From contig CBDEFM010000002.1 in assembly GCA_965237415.1 (NCBI GenBank), positions 1,728,001 to 1,792,000 of the forward strand: a stretch of DNA of 64,000 nucleotides, read 5' to 3'. A program made the position numbers and the translations under genes. Below the pieces are notes generated by a model. That model did no database searches. It saw only the letters and a program-made list of their open reading frames with translations, and had not been told where the DNA came from. This document shows positions 50,822 to 59,869 of this stretch, piece by piece. The DNA is from Alphaproteobacteria bacterium (GTDB taxonomy: Bacteria > Pseudomonadota > Alphaproteobacteria > UBA828). How positions within the stretch are numbered: position 1 is the first letter of the stretch; the number at the start of each line of letters is the position of its first letter.

Positions 50822-51802
50822 GTGGCGCTGCTCACGGTCGAGAACCTGACCAAGATCTTCACGGTCGGCAAGGGCGAGGAGTTGATCGCGGTCAACAACG
50901 TCTCGTTCACGCTGGAGCGCGGGGAGACGCTGGGCCTGGTCGGCGAGAGCGGCTCCGGCAAGACCACGGTCGGCCGCTGCGTGCTCAGGCTGATCGAGCC
51001 CACCGAGGGGCGGATCGCGCTCGGCGACCAGGAGATCAGCGAACTCGATCCGGCCGGGCTCCGGGCGCTCAGGGCGCGGATGCAGCTGGTCTTCCAGGAC
51101 CCCTTCGGCTCGCTGAACCCCAGGCTCACCGTCTACCAGACGGTGGACGAGCCGCTCGCGCTGCACGGCAAGGGGCGCGCCGAGCGCAGGCCCCGCGTCG
51201 GCGCCATGCTGGAGCGTGTAGGCCTCTCGACCGACGTCTTCAACTACTATCCGGCGGACCTGACGGCGAGCGAGCAGCAGCGGGTCGGTATCGCCCGCGC
51301 GCTCGTCACCGAGCCCGAGTTCGTGGTGCTCGACGAGCCGACCTCCATGCTCGACCCCTCGGCGCGGGCCGAGATTCTGGACCTCCTGAAGGCGATCCAG
51401 GGCGAGACGAACACCGCCTACATCTTCATCTCTCACGACCTGACCTCGGTCGCGAAGATCAGTCATCGCATCGCGATCATGTATCTCGGCCATATCGTCG
51501 AACACGCACCGACCGACATCATCATGGAGAGCCAGCGCCATCCCTATAGCCGCGCCCTGCTCTCTGCGGTGCTGTTCCCGGACCCGAAGCGCCGCCCGGA
51601 TCCCTACGTCATCGAAGGCGAGATCCCGACGGCGATCAATCCGAAGCCCGAATGCCCCCTCTACGGCCGCTGCCCGATCCGCGAAGACGCCTGCCAGGAG
51701 GCGGTGCCGCCGCTGGTGGAGGTGGAAGCAGTGCATTATTCAGCCTGCCGGCGCTGGGACGACGTCGCCGCGTCGATGGCGGACGCGCGTGCGACGGCGT
51801 AG
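50822..51802 (+). CDS. Oligopeptide/dipeptide-type ABC transporter ATP-binding protein
   Basis: GESGSGKT, FQDP, LDEPT, HPYS and C-terminal Cys motif; signature degenerate (LTASEQQR). Confidence 0.88.
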   Translation: MALLTVENLTKIFTVGKGEELIAVNNVSFTLERGETLGLVGESGSGKTTVGRCVLRLIEPTEGRIALGDQEISELDPAGLRALRARMQLVFQDPFGSLNPRLTVYQTVDEPLALHGKGRAERRPRVGAMLERVGLSTDVFNYYPADLTASEQQRVGIARALVTEPEFVVLDEPTSMLDPSARAEILDLLKAIQGETNTAYIFISHDLTSVAKISHRIAIMYLGHIVEHAPTDIIMESQRHPYSRALLSAVLFPDPKRRPDPYVIEGEIPTAINPKPECPLYGRCPIREDACQEAVPPLVEVEAVHYSACRRWDDVAASMADARATA

Positions 51803-51859
51803 CCAAGCGTCGCGTCCGGTGCGGCGCCCGACAACAGGAAACGGCCTTCGCTGAAATTT

Positions 51860-51875
51860 GAACGAGCGCTTGTTC
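51860..51875. promoter_or_regulatory. Putative operator (imperfect palindrome) upstream of the substrate-binding protein gene
   Basis: GAACGAGCGCTTGTTC, 14/16 self-complementary, in an AT-richer intergenic patch. Confidence 0.4.
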
Positions 51876-51970
51876 TAGTTTTCTTCTAATATCCGGCCGC
51901 GTGCGGCGACGCGCGCACTTGCGCGCGCCGGCCGGTCCTGCGGCGCAATGGGAGACTGAGGAGAGACGAC

Positions 51971-53638
51971 ATGACATTGGGTGACATCACGAGACGCGGC
52001 CTCGCGGTCGCGGCCACGGCAGCGCTCGCCGCGCTGGTGGCAGCGGCGCCGCCGAAGCCGGCATCCGCCAATCAGGACACGATGGTAATCGCCATCGGCG
52101 CCCTGCCGCAGGGCATCGACCTCGACAAGCATGTGAGCCCCCAGACCTGGAGCATGGGTGCACAGGTGCTCGAGGACGGCATGAACTGGGAGTCGATCGA
52201 CTTCCCCTTCTCGACCGGCGACGCCTGGGATCCGTCCACCATCCCCGGCTTCATGTATCCCGACTACATGGGCCAGAAGACCCTGGTGCCGGGCATCATG
52301 GAGAAGTGCGAGATGGACGAGGACGGCCTGCGCGCCGTCTACCACCTGCGCAAGGGCGTGATCTCGCCCTGGGGTAACGAGTTCACCGCCGACGACGTGC
52401 TCTGGCGGATCGAACGCGGCAAGGCCACGCAAGCAATCAACAATTTCCTCGAGTTCCTGCTCAGCATGCCGGGCCAGACCATCGACCCGCCCGAGAGCGG
52501 CGGCTACGCCAAGATCGACGATTATACCGTCGAGCTCACCTCTTCGCGGCCCATGCCGCTCGCCTGCAAGGGGCTGACCAACTACTACAACGCCTGGCTC
52601 GACTCGACCGAGATCATGAAGAACGCCACGGAGGAAGACCCCTGGGGCGACAAGTGGGTCGCGACCAACGGCGGCGGCTTCGGCGGCTACCGGGTGACCG
52701 AATGGACCGCCGGCAAGCGGGTCGTTATGGAGGCCAACGAGAACTACTGGCGCGGTGCGCCGGAGATCAAGCGCATCATTTATCTGGTGGTGCCGGAATC
52801 GGCCAACCGCGTGGCGCTGCTCAAGCAGAGCAAGGTGCACATGGCCGAGGGGCTGTCGCCGGACGAGATCGTGGCGCTTGCGGATGATGCGAACGCCCGC
52901 GGCGTTGCGGTACGCGGCAACCAATCCATGTGGATAATGATCAACAATACGCTGCCGCCCTACGACAACGTGAAGGTGCGTCAGGCGATGAATCACCTCA
53001 TCAACCAGGAGGCGATCATCCGCGACATCTACCACGGCATGATGAACCGCTGGCAGGGCGTAATGCCGAGCACCTATCCGGGCTACGAGCAGCACCTCAA
53101 GTACGATTTTAACCCGGAGAAGGCGAAGGCGCTCCTCGCCGAGGCAGGCTTCCCCGACGGCTTCGACGCCGAGCTCTCGTTCGACGCGGCCGTGGCGGCG
53201 ATGGAATCGATCGGCGTCCTGTTGCAGAGCGACTTCAGGAAGGCCGGTATCAACCTCTCGCTGAGGAAGCTGCCGACCGCCGCGAACTCGGACAATGTGA
53301 TGAGCAAGCAGGGCTCGCTCGCGCTGTGGACGGACATGCCCATTCAGCCCGACGTCAACTACGCGTTGAAGCTGGTGTGGCCGACCAACGCTCTCGTCAA
53401 CTACCACAACTTCTCCGACCCAAAGGTCGACCAGGTGCTGCAGGACGGCCAGGGCGTGGTGGACCCGGAGGCGCGCATCGCCGCCCATGCCGGCATCCAG
53501 GAGCATATCCACGACCTGGCACCGCTGGGCTGGATCGGCGAGCACTATTTCGCCGTCGGCCTCTCGCGGAAGGTCAGCAACTTCCGCTGGTACACGACGC
53601 AGTACTACCATGTGGCGGAAATGAGCATCGCCGACTGA
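51971..53638 (+). CDS. ABC transporter substrate-binding protein, family 5, Tat-like signal
   Basis: ITRRGL twin-arginine leader; LRKGV...GNEFTADDV, KVRQAM motifs. Confidence 0.9.
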   Translation: MTLGDITRRGLAVAATAALAALVAAAPPKPASANQDTMVIAIGALPQGIDLDKHVSPQTWSMGAQVLEDGMNWESIDFPFSTGDAWDPSTIPGFMYPDYMGQKTLVPGIMEKCEMDEDGLRAVYHLRKGVISPWGNEFTADDVLWRIERGKATQAINNFLEFLLSMPGQTIDPPESGGYAKIDDYTVELTSSRPMPLACKGLTNYYNAWLDSTEIMKNATEEDPWGDKWVATNGGGFGGYRVTEWTAGKRVVMEANENYWRGAPEIKRIIYLVVPESANRVALLKQSKVHMAEGLSPDEIVALADDANARGVAVRGNQSMWIMINNTLPPYDNVKVRQAMNHLINQEAIIRDIYHGMMNRWQGVMPSTYPGYEQHLKYDFNPEKAKALLAEAGFPDGFDAELSFDAAVAAMESIGVLLQSDFRKAGINLSLRKLPTAANSDNVMSKQGSLALWTDMPIQPDVNYALKLVWPTNALVNYHNFSDPKVDQVLQDGQGVVDPEARIAAHAGIQEHIHDLAPLGWIGEHYFAVGLSRKVSNFRWYTTQYYHVAEMSIAD

Positions 53639-53688
53639 CGGCGCCACACCCGAGCATCCCTCGGGACGAGCGCGCATGAAGGCGCTTG

Positions 53689-53727
53689 GCCGGGGCGGCG
53701 GATTTTCCCCGCCGCCCCGGCTTTCTT
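53689..53727 (+). terminator. Intra-operon stem-loop (terminator or mRNA stabiliser) after the substrate-binding protein gene
   Basis: 13-bp stem GCCGGGGCGGCGG/CCGCCGCCCCGGC followed by TTTCTT. Confidence 0.65.
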
Positions 53728-53807
53728 CCCCATTTGCCGCCCCGGCCGCGGCGCGTCCGTCCGTCCGGCACGCCCGTCGCGGCACGGCCGGCTGATCGGG
53801 CGCACCG

Positions 53808-54863
53808 ATGCGTCTTACACTCTATATCGGGCGCCGCTTTCTCTTCCTGATTCCCCAGGTCTTTCTGATCTCGTTCATCACCTTCGTGCTGGTGCGCCTG
53901 CTGCCGGGCGACCCCGCGCGCCTCTCGCTGGGGCCGCTCGCGCCCGAATCCTCGGTCGAGACGCTGCGCGCCAAGATGTATCTGGACCGGCCGATCCCCG
54001 AGCAATATGTGATCTGGCTGGAGAACGCCTTTCAGGGCGATCTCGGCGAGTCCTGGGTCAACAACACGCAGGTGATCGACGATCTGGTCCAACGCATTCC
54101 GGTGACGCTGGAGCTCATCTTCCTCTCGCTGTTCGTCGTCTTCCTGGTGCTGGTTCCGCTCGCCATCATCACCGCGAGCCGCACCCGGAACTTGATCGTT
54201 CGGATGTTCCAGAACATCACCTTCGGCTACGGCATGTTGGCCGGCGCCCTGCCGGACTTCCTGCTCGGCCTGGTGCTGATCTTCTTCCTCTTCGCGGGTG
54301 CGGCGGGGCTGATGCCGGCGGAGATTCTGCCTGGGCCGGAGGGGCGGCTCGGCATCCTCGACTTCGACCCGCCCTTCGTGACCGGCTCGATCCTGATCGA
54401 CTCGCTGATCGCGGGCGACTTCGAGATTTTCTGGTCGGGCTTCATGCATCTGATCATGCCGGTCTTCACCCTCTCCTTCGTCTACGGCGCGCCCATCTTC
54501 AAGATGCTGCGGAGCCAGATGGAAGGCGCGCTCAAGGCCGACTACACAACCTATGCGGAGGCCGTGGGACTCGCGCCCAGCATCGTGCTCACACGCGCCG
54601 CCAGGGTCGCCGCGGGCCCGACGCTGGTCATCACCGGCGTCGTGGTGATGTTCCTGCTCGGCGGCGCTGTGCTGGTGGAACGGGTGTTCAACTACGTCGG
54701 GCTCGGCCAGTACGCGATCAACGGCATCGTCACCGCCGACTATGCACCGATCCAGGGCTTCGTCTGCTTCGCCGCGATCTTCACGATGCTGGTCTATCTC
54801 GCCGTGGACCTGATCCACTTCGCGATGGACCCCCGCATCAAGATCGGCGGAACTCAGGCCTAG
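53808..54863 (+). CDS. ABC transporter permease (DppB-like)
   Basis: LPGDPA, GDLGES, EAA-like region, DPRI. Confidence 0.9.
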   Translation: MRLTLYIGRRFLFLIPQVFLISFITFVLVRLLPGDPARLSLGPLAPESSVETLRAKMYLDRPIPEQYVIWLENAFQGDLGESWVNNTQVIDDLVQRIPVTLELIFLSLFVVFLVLVPLAIITASRTRNLIVRMFQNITFGYGMLAGALPDFLLGLVLIFFLFAGAAGLMPAEILPGPEGRLGILDFDPPFVTGSILIDSLIAGDFEIFWSGFMHLIMPVFTLSFVYGAPIFKMLRSQMEGALKADYTTYAEAVGLAPSIVLTRAARVAAGPTLVITGVVVMFLLGGAVLVERVFNYVGLGQYAINGIVTADYAPIQGFVCFAAIFTMLVYLAVDLIHFAMDPRIKIGGTQA

Positions 54864-54878
54864 AGGCGGCGCACGGGT

Positions 54879-56609
54879 ATGGTCTGGCTCCGCATCAAGC
54901 GCACGCTCCGGGCGCTGCCGAAATGGCAGCTTGCCGTGCTGGCGATGTTCTTCGGATGGCTCTTCCTCACCATCTTCGGCCCCTATCTCGCGCCCTTCCC
55001 AACCGAGGTCGCCGAACCGACCACCCGCCTGCTGCCGCCCAGCGGTACGTACCCGTTCGGCACCGACGAGAACGGGATCGATATCTTCTCCCGCGTGTTG
55101 GCGGCGCCCCGCACCGATGTGGTGATCGGCGTCGTCGCCACCGCGATCTCGGTCCTGCTGGGCGCGCCGCTCGGCGTCATCGTCGCCCTCTACGAGAGCC
55201 GGGGCGGGGCGGGCTCGACCGCGTTCGCCGAGACCTTCATGCGCGTGCTGGAGGTCATCCAGTCCTTCCCCGTATTCGTCTTCGCGATGGTCCTGGTTGC
55301 GGTCTTCGGCGGCAGCGTCACCAACATCATCATCGCCATCGCCTTCGTGAACACGCCGGTCTTCGTGCGCATCGTGCGCTCTGACGTGCTCACGCTGGTG
55401 CAGCGCCCCTTCGCCGAGGCCGCGCGTGCCGTCGGCAACCGCGAGGTGCGCATCGGCTTCCGCCACGTGCTGCCCAACGCGCTGCCGACCGTCCTCGTGC
55501 AGGTCTCGGTCACGGTGGGCTTCGCCATCCTGCTCACCGCGGGCCTGAGCTTCGTCGGCGCCGGGGTCAAGCCGCCGACGCCCGAGCTCGGCGCCATGAT
55601 CGCCTCTGGCGCCAAGTACCTGGAGCTCGGGCAGTGGTGGGCCGCGTTCTTCCCCGGCGTCACGCTCGGCCTGATCGTCTTCTCCTTCGGCATCTTCGGC
55701 GAGATCATGACCCGGGTGATGGAGCCACGCGCGGTGAGACGAGACACCGACCGCCGCCGCGAAGCCGCGCTGGAGACGGGCGGTGACGAGCCCGAGGTGC
55801 CGGAGGCCCCTGACCTCGCGCTCACACGTATGAGCGAGCCGGTGCTCGCGGTCGAGCATTTGGGCGTCGCCGCCGTCGACACGGGCCAGCCGCTGCTGAG
55901 TGAAATCCATCTCGCTCTCGAAGCCGGCCACAGCATGGGGATCGTCGGCGAATCGGGCTCCGGCAAGTCGGTGCTGGTGAAGACACTCCTGCAGCTCCTG
56001 CCGCCGGAGCTTGCCGTCACCTCGGGCTCCGTGCGCTACCTCGACCACGACCTGCTCACGATAGACAAGCGTTCGATGCGGGCGATGCGCACGACGCAGA
56101 TCGCGGCGATCCTGCCCAATGCGAAGTCGGCGCTGAACCCGCTCACCACCGTCGGCGACATGCTGCGCAGCGCGCTACAGGCGCACGAGAAGATCAGCGC
56201 GAAGGACGCCGAGGTGCGCGCAATCCAGCTCTTGGAGATGGTGGGCATCGCCGATCCGGCGCAGCGCCTGAGTGCCTTCCCCCACGAGCTGAGCGGCGGC
56301 ATGGCCCAGCGGGTGTGCCTCGCCATGGCGCTGATGTACCGGCCCAAGCTGCTCATCGCGGACGAGCCGACGGCAGGGCTCGACGTGACCATCCAGCGCC
56401 AGGTGCTCGACCTCACCCGCGCGCTGGCCGAGGATGCCGGCACGGCGCGCCTCCTCATCACAGGGGACCTCGGTATCGCCGCGCACTACTGCGACACGGT
56501 GGCAGTGATGCAGGCGGGGCGGATCGTCGAGATCAACGAGACCGACCGCCTGTTCGACGACCCCCGTCATCCCTACACCCGCCACCTGCTGGAGTGCGTC
56601 CAGGTTTGA
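54879..56609 (+). CDS. Fused ABC permease (DppC-like) and ATP-binding (DppD-like) protein
   Basis: FGTDENGIDIFSR, AEAARAVG, then GESGSGKS, LSGGMAQR, ADEPT, HPYT in one frame. Confidence 0.88.
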   Translation: MVWLRIKRTLRALPKWQLAVLAMFFGWLFLTIFGPYLAPFPTEVAEPTTRLLPPSGTYPFGTDENGIDIFSRVLAAPRTDVVIGVVATAISVLLGAPLGVIVALYESRGGAGSTAFAETFMRVLEVIQSFPVFVFAMVLVAVFGGSVTNIIIAIAFVNTPVFVRIVRSDVLTLVQRPFAEAARAVGNREVRIGFRHVLPNALPTVLVQVSVTVGFAILLTAGLSFVGAGVKPPTPELGAMIASGAKYLELGQWWAAFFPGVTLGLIVFSFGIFGEIMTRVMEPRAVRRDTDRRREAALETGGDEPEVPEAPDLALTRMSEPVLAVEHLGVAAVDTGQPLLSEIHLALEAGHSMGIVGESGSGKSVLVKTLLQLLPPELAVTSGSVRYLDHDLLTIDKRSMRAMRTTQIAAILPNAKSALNPLTTVGDMLRSALQAHEKISAKDAEVRAIQLLEMVGIADPAQRLSAFPHELSGGMAQRVCLAMALMYRPKLLIADEPTAGLDVTIQRQVLDLTRALAEDAGTARLLITGDLGIAAHYCDTVAVMQAGRIVEINETDRLFDDPRHPYTRHLLECVQV

Positions 56610-56657
56610 TCCGGCGAGGACGGCGGCAAGACGACAACCCAAGCGAATGAGACGACC

Positions 56658-57851
56658 ATGACGCGGCATGTGGAGATCGCAGGGGGCGGCTTTACCGGGC
56701 TCACCATGGGCACGGCGCTCGCCCAGACCGGCTGGACGGCGCGGGTGCATGAGCGCTCGGCGGAGATCCGCGCCTTCGGCGCCGGCATCTGGATCTGGGA
56801 CAACGGCGTGCGCGTGCTCAAGGCGATCGGCGCGGCCGACGATGCGCTCGAAGGCTGCACGGAGGCGCCGACCTATATCAGCCGCGACGCCAACGGCCGC
56901 TTCATCGACGAGGTGCCGTTCGCGCCCATCACCAGCACCGATCGCTCGCGCATGTTCTGCATCACCCGCCAGCAGCTCCTGAGCGCGATTCTCGGCGCAG
57001 CGGAGCGGGCCGGGGTGGAGATCGTCACCGAATCGACCGCGACCGGCGCACGGCCCGACGGCACGCTGCTGATGGAAGATGGGCGGGAATGGCCGGCGGA
57101 CCTTGTCATCGCCGCCGACGGAATCAACTCCAAGGTGCGCGATTCGCTCGGCCTGCTGAAGAGCCGCAAGCCCCATGTCGATGGCGCCGTTCGAGTCCTG
57201 GTGCCGCACGAGCCGGGCTACGCCGACACCGAGGAGGGCCGCACCATCCGCGAGTGGTGGAACGGCTACCGGCGGGTGCTCTACACGCCGTGCACCAGCG
57301 AGGTCTTTTATCTCTGCTTCACCATGCTCGCGCGGGACGCAGAGGCGTCCCAGATTCCCCTGCCGCGGGCGATCTGGACCGAATCCTTCCCGCACCTCCA
57401 ATCGATGATCGGCCGGGTACCGGACGAAGGGCGCTACGACCGCTTCGAGACGATCAAGCTCAAGGCGTGGAGTAAGGGCCGGGTGGCGATCGTGGGCGAT
57501 TCGGCCCACGCCATGTCGCCGGGGCTCGGCCAGGGCTGCGGCACGGCAATCTCGAACGCCCTCTCGCTCTCCAACATGCTGCAGGAATCCGACGACATCG
57601 ACCGGGTGCTGAGGCGCTGGGAGACCCGCCAGCGGCCGATCTCCGAGCACACACAGCTCTGGTCGACGATCACCTGGCCGCTCACGCTCTGGCCTCACTG
57701 GGCGGCGCGGCTCTACTACAACCTGCCGATCTTGCACCCCTGGATGTTGAAACAACGGCGCAAGCCGTCCGAATTCTACGCCTACGGCACCGAGAAGCAG
57801 GTGCGCTGGATGCCGCCCCACATGCGCACCGAGGCCGAGGCAGCCGCGTAA
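56658..57851 (+). CDS. FAD-dependent monooxygenase, MHPCO (2-methyl-3-hydroxypyridine-5-carboxylate oxygenase)-like
   Basis: EIAGGGFTGL, RAFGAGI, ADGINSKVRDS, RVLYTPC, RYDRFETIKL, GDSAHAM; motif-level resemblance to MHPCO. Confidence 0.8.
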   Translation: MTRHVEIAGGGFTGLTMGTALAQTGWTARVHERSAEIRAFGAGIWIWDNGVRVLKAIGAADDALEGCTEAPTYISRDANGRFIDEVPFAPITSTDRSRMFCITRQQLLSAILGAAERAGVEIVTESTATGARPDGTLLMEDGREWPADLVIAADGINSKVRDSLGLLKSRKPHVDGAVRVLVPHEPGYADTEEGRTIREWWNGYRRVLYTPCTSEVFYLCFTMLARDAEASQIPLPRAIWTESFPHLQSMIGRVPDEGRYDRFETIKLKAWSKGRVAIVGDSAHAMSPGLGQGCGTAISNALSLSNMLQESDDIDRVLRRWETRQRPISEHTQLWSTITWPLTLWPHWAARLYYNLPILHPWMLKQRRKPSEFYAYGTEKQVRWMPPHMRTEAEAAA

Positions 57852-57924
57852 GGCACGCCGCACGCAGGCACCGCAGCGCAGGCCGGTCCGTAGCGGCAGG
57901 GCATGAGCGGCGGATGAGGCGAGC

Positions 57925-59118
57925 ATGACACGACATGCAGAGATCGCCGGCGGCGGATTCACCGGGCTCACGATGGGCGCGGCGCTCGCCCAGGCAGGCT
58001 GGACGGTGCGCGTCCACGAGCGCACGCCGGAGATCCGCGCCTTCGGCGCCGGCATCTGGATCTGGGACAACGGCGTGCGCGTCCTCAAAGCAATCGGCGC
58101 GGCGGACGACGCGCTCGAAGACTGCACCGAGGCGCCGACCTACATCAGCCGGGACGCCAAGGGCCGCTTCATCGACGAGGTGCCCTTCGCGCCCATCACC
58201 AGCACCGATCGCTCACGCATGTTCTGCATCACCCGCCAGCAACTCCTGAGCGCGATTCTCGGCGCAGCGGAGCGGGCCGGTGTGGAAATCGTTATCAGTT
58301 CTTCGGCGACCGGCGCGCGGCCCGACGGCACGCTCATTACCGAGGACGGACGCGAATGGCCGGCTGACCTCGTCATCGCCGCCGACGGGATCAACTCCAA
58401 TGTGCGGGACTCGCTCGGCCTCATGAAGAGCCGCAAGCCCCACGTGGATGGCGCCATCCGCGTCCTCGTACCGCACGAGCCGGGCGACGCCGATACCGAA
58501 GAGGGTCGCACCATCCGCGAGTGGTAGAACGGCCACCGGCGGGTGCTCTACACGCCGTGCACCAGCGAGGTCTTCTATCTCGCCTTCACCATGCTCGCGA
58601 GCGACAGGGAGGCGTCGCAGCTGCCGCTCCCACGGGCGCTCTGGATCGAGGCCTTCCCGCACTTGGAATCGATGATCAACCGGGTGCCGGACGAGGGGCG
58701 CTACGACCGCTTCGAGACGATCAAGCTCAAGGCGTGGAGTAAGGGCCGGGTGGCGATCGTGGGCGATTCGGCCCACGCCATGTCGCCGGGGCTGGGCCAG
58801 GGCTGCGGCACGGCGATCTCGAACGCCCTCTCGCTCTCAAACATGTTGCAGGAATCCGACGACATCGACCGGGTGCTGAGGCGCTGGGAGACCCGCCAGC
58901 GGCCGATCTCCGAGCACACACAGCTCTGGTCGACGATCACCTGGCCGCTCACGCTCTGGCCTCACTGGGCGGCGCGGCTCTACTACAACCTGCCGATCCT
59001 GCACCCCTGGATGCTGAAGCAGCGGCGCAAGCCGTCCGAATTCTTCGCCTACGGCACCGAGAAGCAGGTGCGCTGGATGCCGCCCCACATGCGCGCCGAG
59101 GCGGGAGCGGCGGCGTAG
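57925..59118 (+). pseudogene. Tandem duplicate of the monooxygenase, interrupted by in-frame TAG at 58525-58527
   Basis: Collinear with 56658..57851; GAG TGG TAG AAC versus GAG TGG TGG AAC in the first copy; frame continues to the same C-terminus. Confidence 0.85.
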
Positions 59119-59154
59119 GACACGCCGCGCGCAGCCCAGCATGGTTGCGCCCAT

Positions 59155-59189
59155 TTGCGGCGTATAGCGCCACACGCTACAATATCTCC
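59155..59189 (+). promoter_or_regulatory. Sigma-70 leaderless promoter with internal operator for higBA
   Basis: TTGCGG-N17-TACAAT, 6 nt before GTG 59190; inverted repeat TAGCG-N5-CGCTA 59165-59179. Confidence 0.7.
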
Positions 59190-59462
59190 GTGAGGATCAG
59201 GCACAAGGGTCTGCGAGCGTTGCACCAACGGGACGATCCGTCTCGATTGCCCGCACACCTGGTCCCACGGCTTCGGCGCATCCTCTTCCGGCTGCAAGAG
59301 GCATCTCATCCGCGCAGCGCCGACGCGCCCGGCTTCCGGTTGCATCCTTTGACGGGCGACCGGGCAGGCCAATGGAGCGTGCGCGCCTCCGGCAACTGGC
59401 GCGTGGTGTTCCGCTTCGAGGATGGCGAGGCCGTTGATGTCGACCTGATCGATTACCACTGA
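59190..59462 (+). CDS. higB: HigB/RelE-family toxin
   Basis: RHKGL, PGFRLHPLTGD, WSVRASGNWRVVFRF, DYH. Confidence 0.9.
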   Translation: MRIRHKGLRALHQRDDPSRLPAHLVPRLRRILFRLQEASHPRSADAPGFRLHPLTGDRAGQWSVRASGNWRVVFRFEDGEAVDVDLIDYH

Positions 59463-59481
59463 TCGGAAGGAGCATCGACCG

Positions 59482-59796
59482 ATGAGCGACGACGATAGTG
59501 ATCGTGTGGGGGCAATGCTGAACCCGCCGCACCTGGGCGAGCTGATTCGCGAGAGCATGGAAGAGGTCGGCTGGAACGTCACCGGGACGGCCGGCCGCCT
59601 GGGCTGCGAGCGCGGCACGCTGTCGCGACTGCTGAATGGTAGAGCCGGCGTCTCGGCGACCATGGCACTGGCGCTGGAAGACATCGGCTGGGGCACCGCC
59701 GAGCACTGGATACGCATGCAGGCGAGCTACGAACTGGCTCAAGCGCGACGGGAACGTGTAGCCGCGGTTCAGGCGGCAAGGGGCGGGGTTTCCTGA
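59482..59796 (+). CDS. higA: HigA-family antitoxin (Xre HTH)
   Basis: PPHLGELI, LSRLLNG, MALAL, WIRMQASYEL; toxin-first order. Confidence 0.9.
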   Translation: MSDDDSDRVGAMLNPPHLGELIRESMEEVGWNVTGTAGRLGCERGTLSRLLNGRAGVSATMALALEDIGWGTAEHWIRMQASYELAQARRERVAAVQAARGGVS

Positions 59797-59869
59797 AACG
59801 GCCGTGAGCACATCTCTAAGGTAGTTCCGCGTGCGGCGCTGAGGGAGCGCCGCGCCCGCTGAGGTTGGA

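Noticed and set aside
51872-51886. Second SOS box (GTTC-TAGTTTT-CTTC) upstream of the ABC substrate-binding gene
   Set aside because: Mismatch in the second half-site and an implausible target; the overlapping palindrome is a better explanation.
58525-58527. In-frame TAG as pyrrolysine or programmed readthrough, given an MttB-family gene in the window
   Set aside because: It replaces a Trp codon of the intact paralog by one base change. The MttB gene has no amber codon and no pyl genes are visible.
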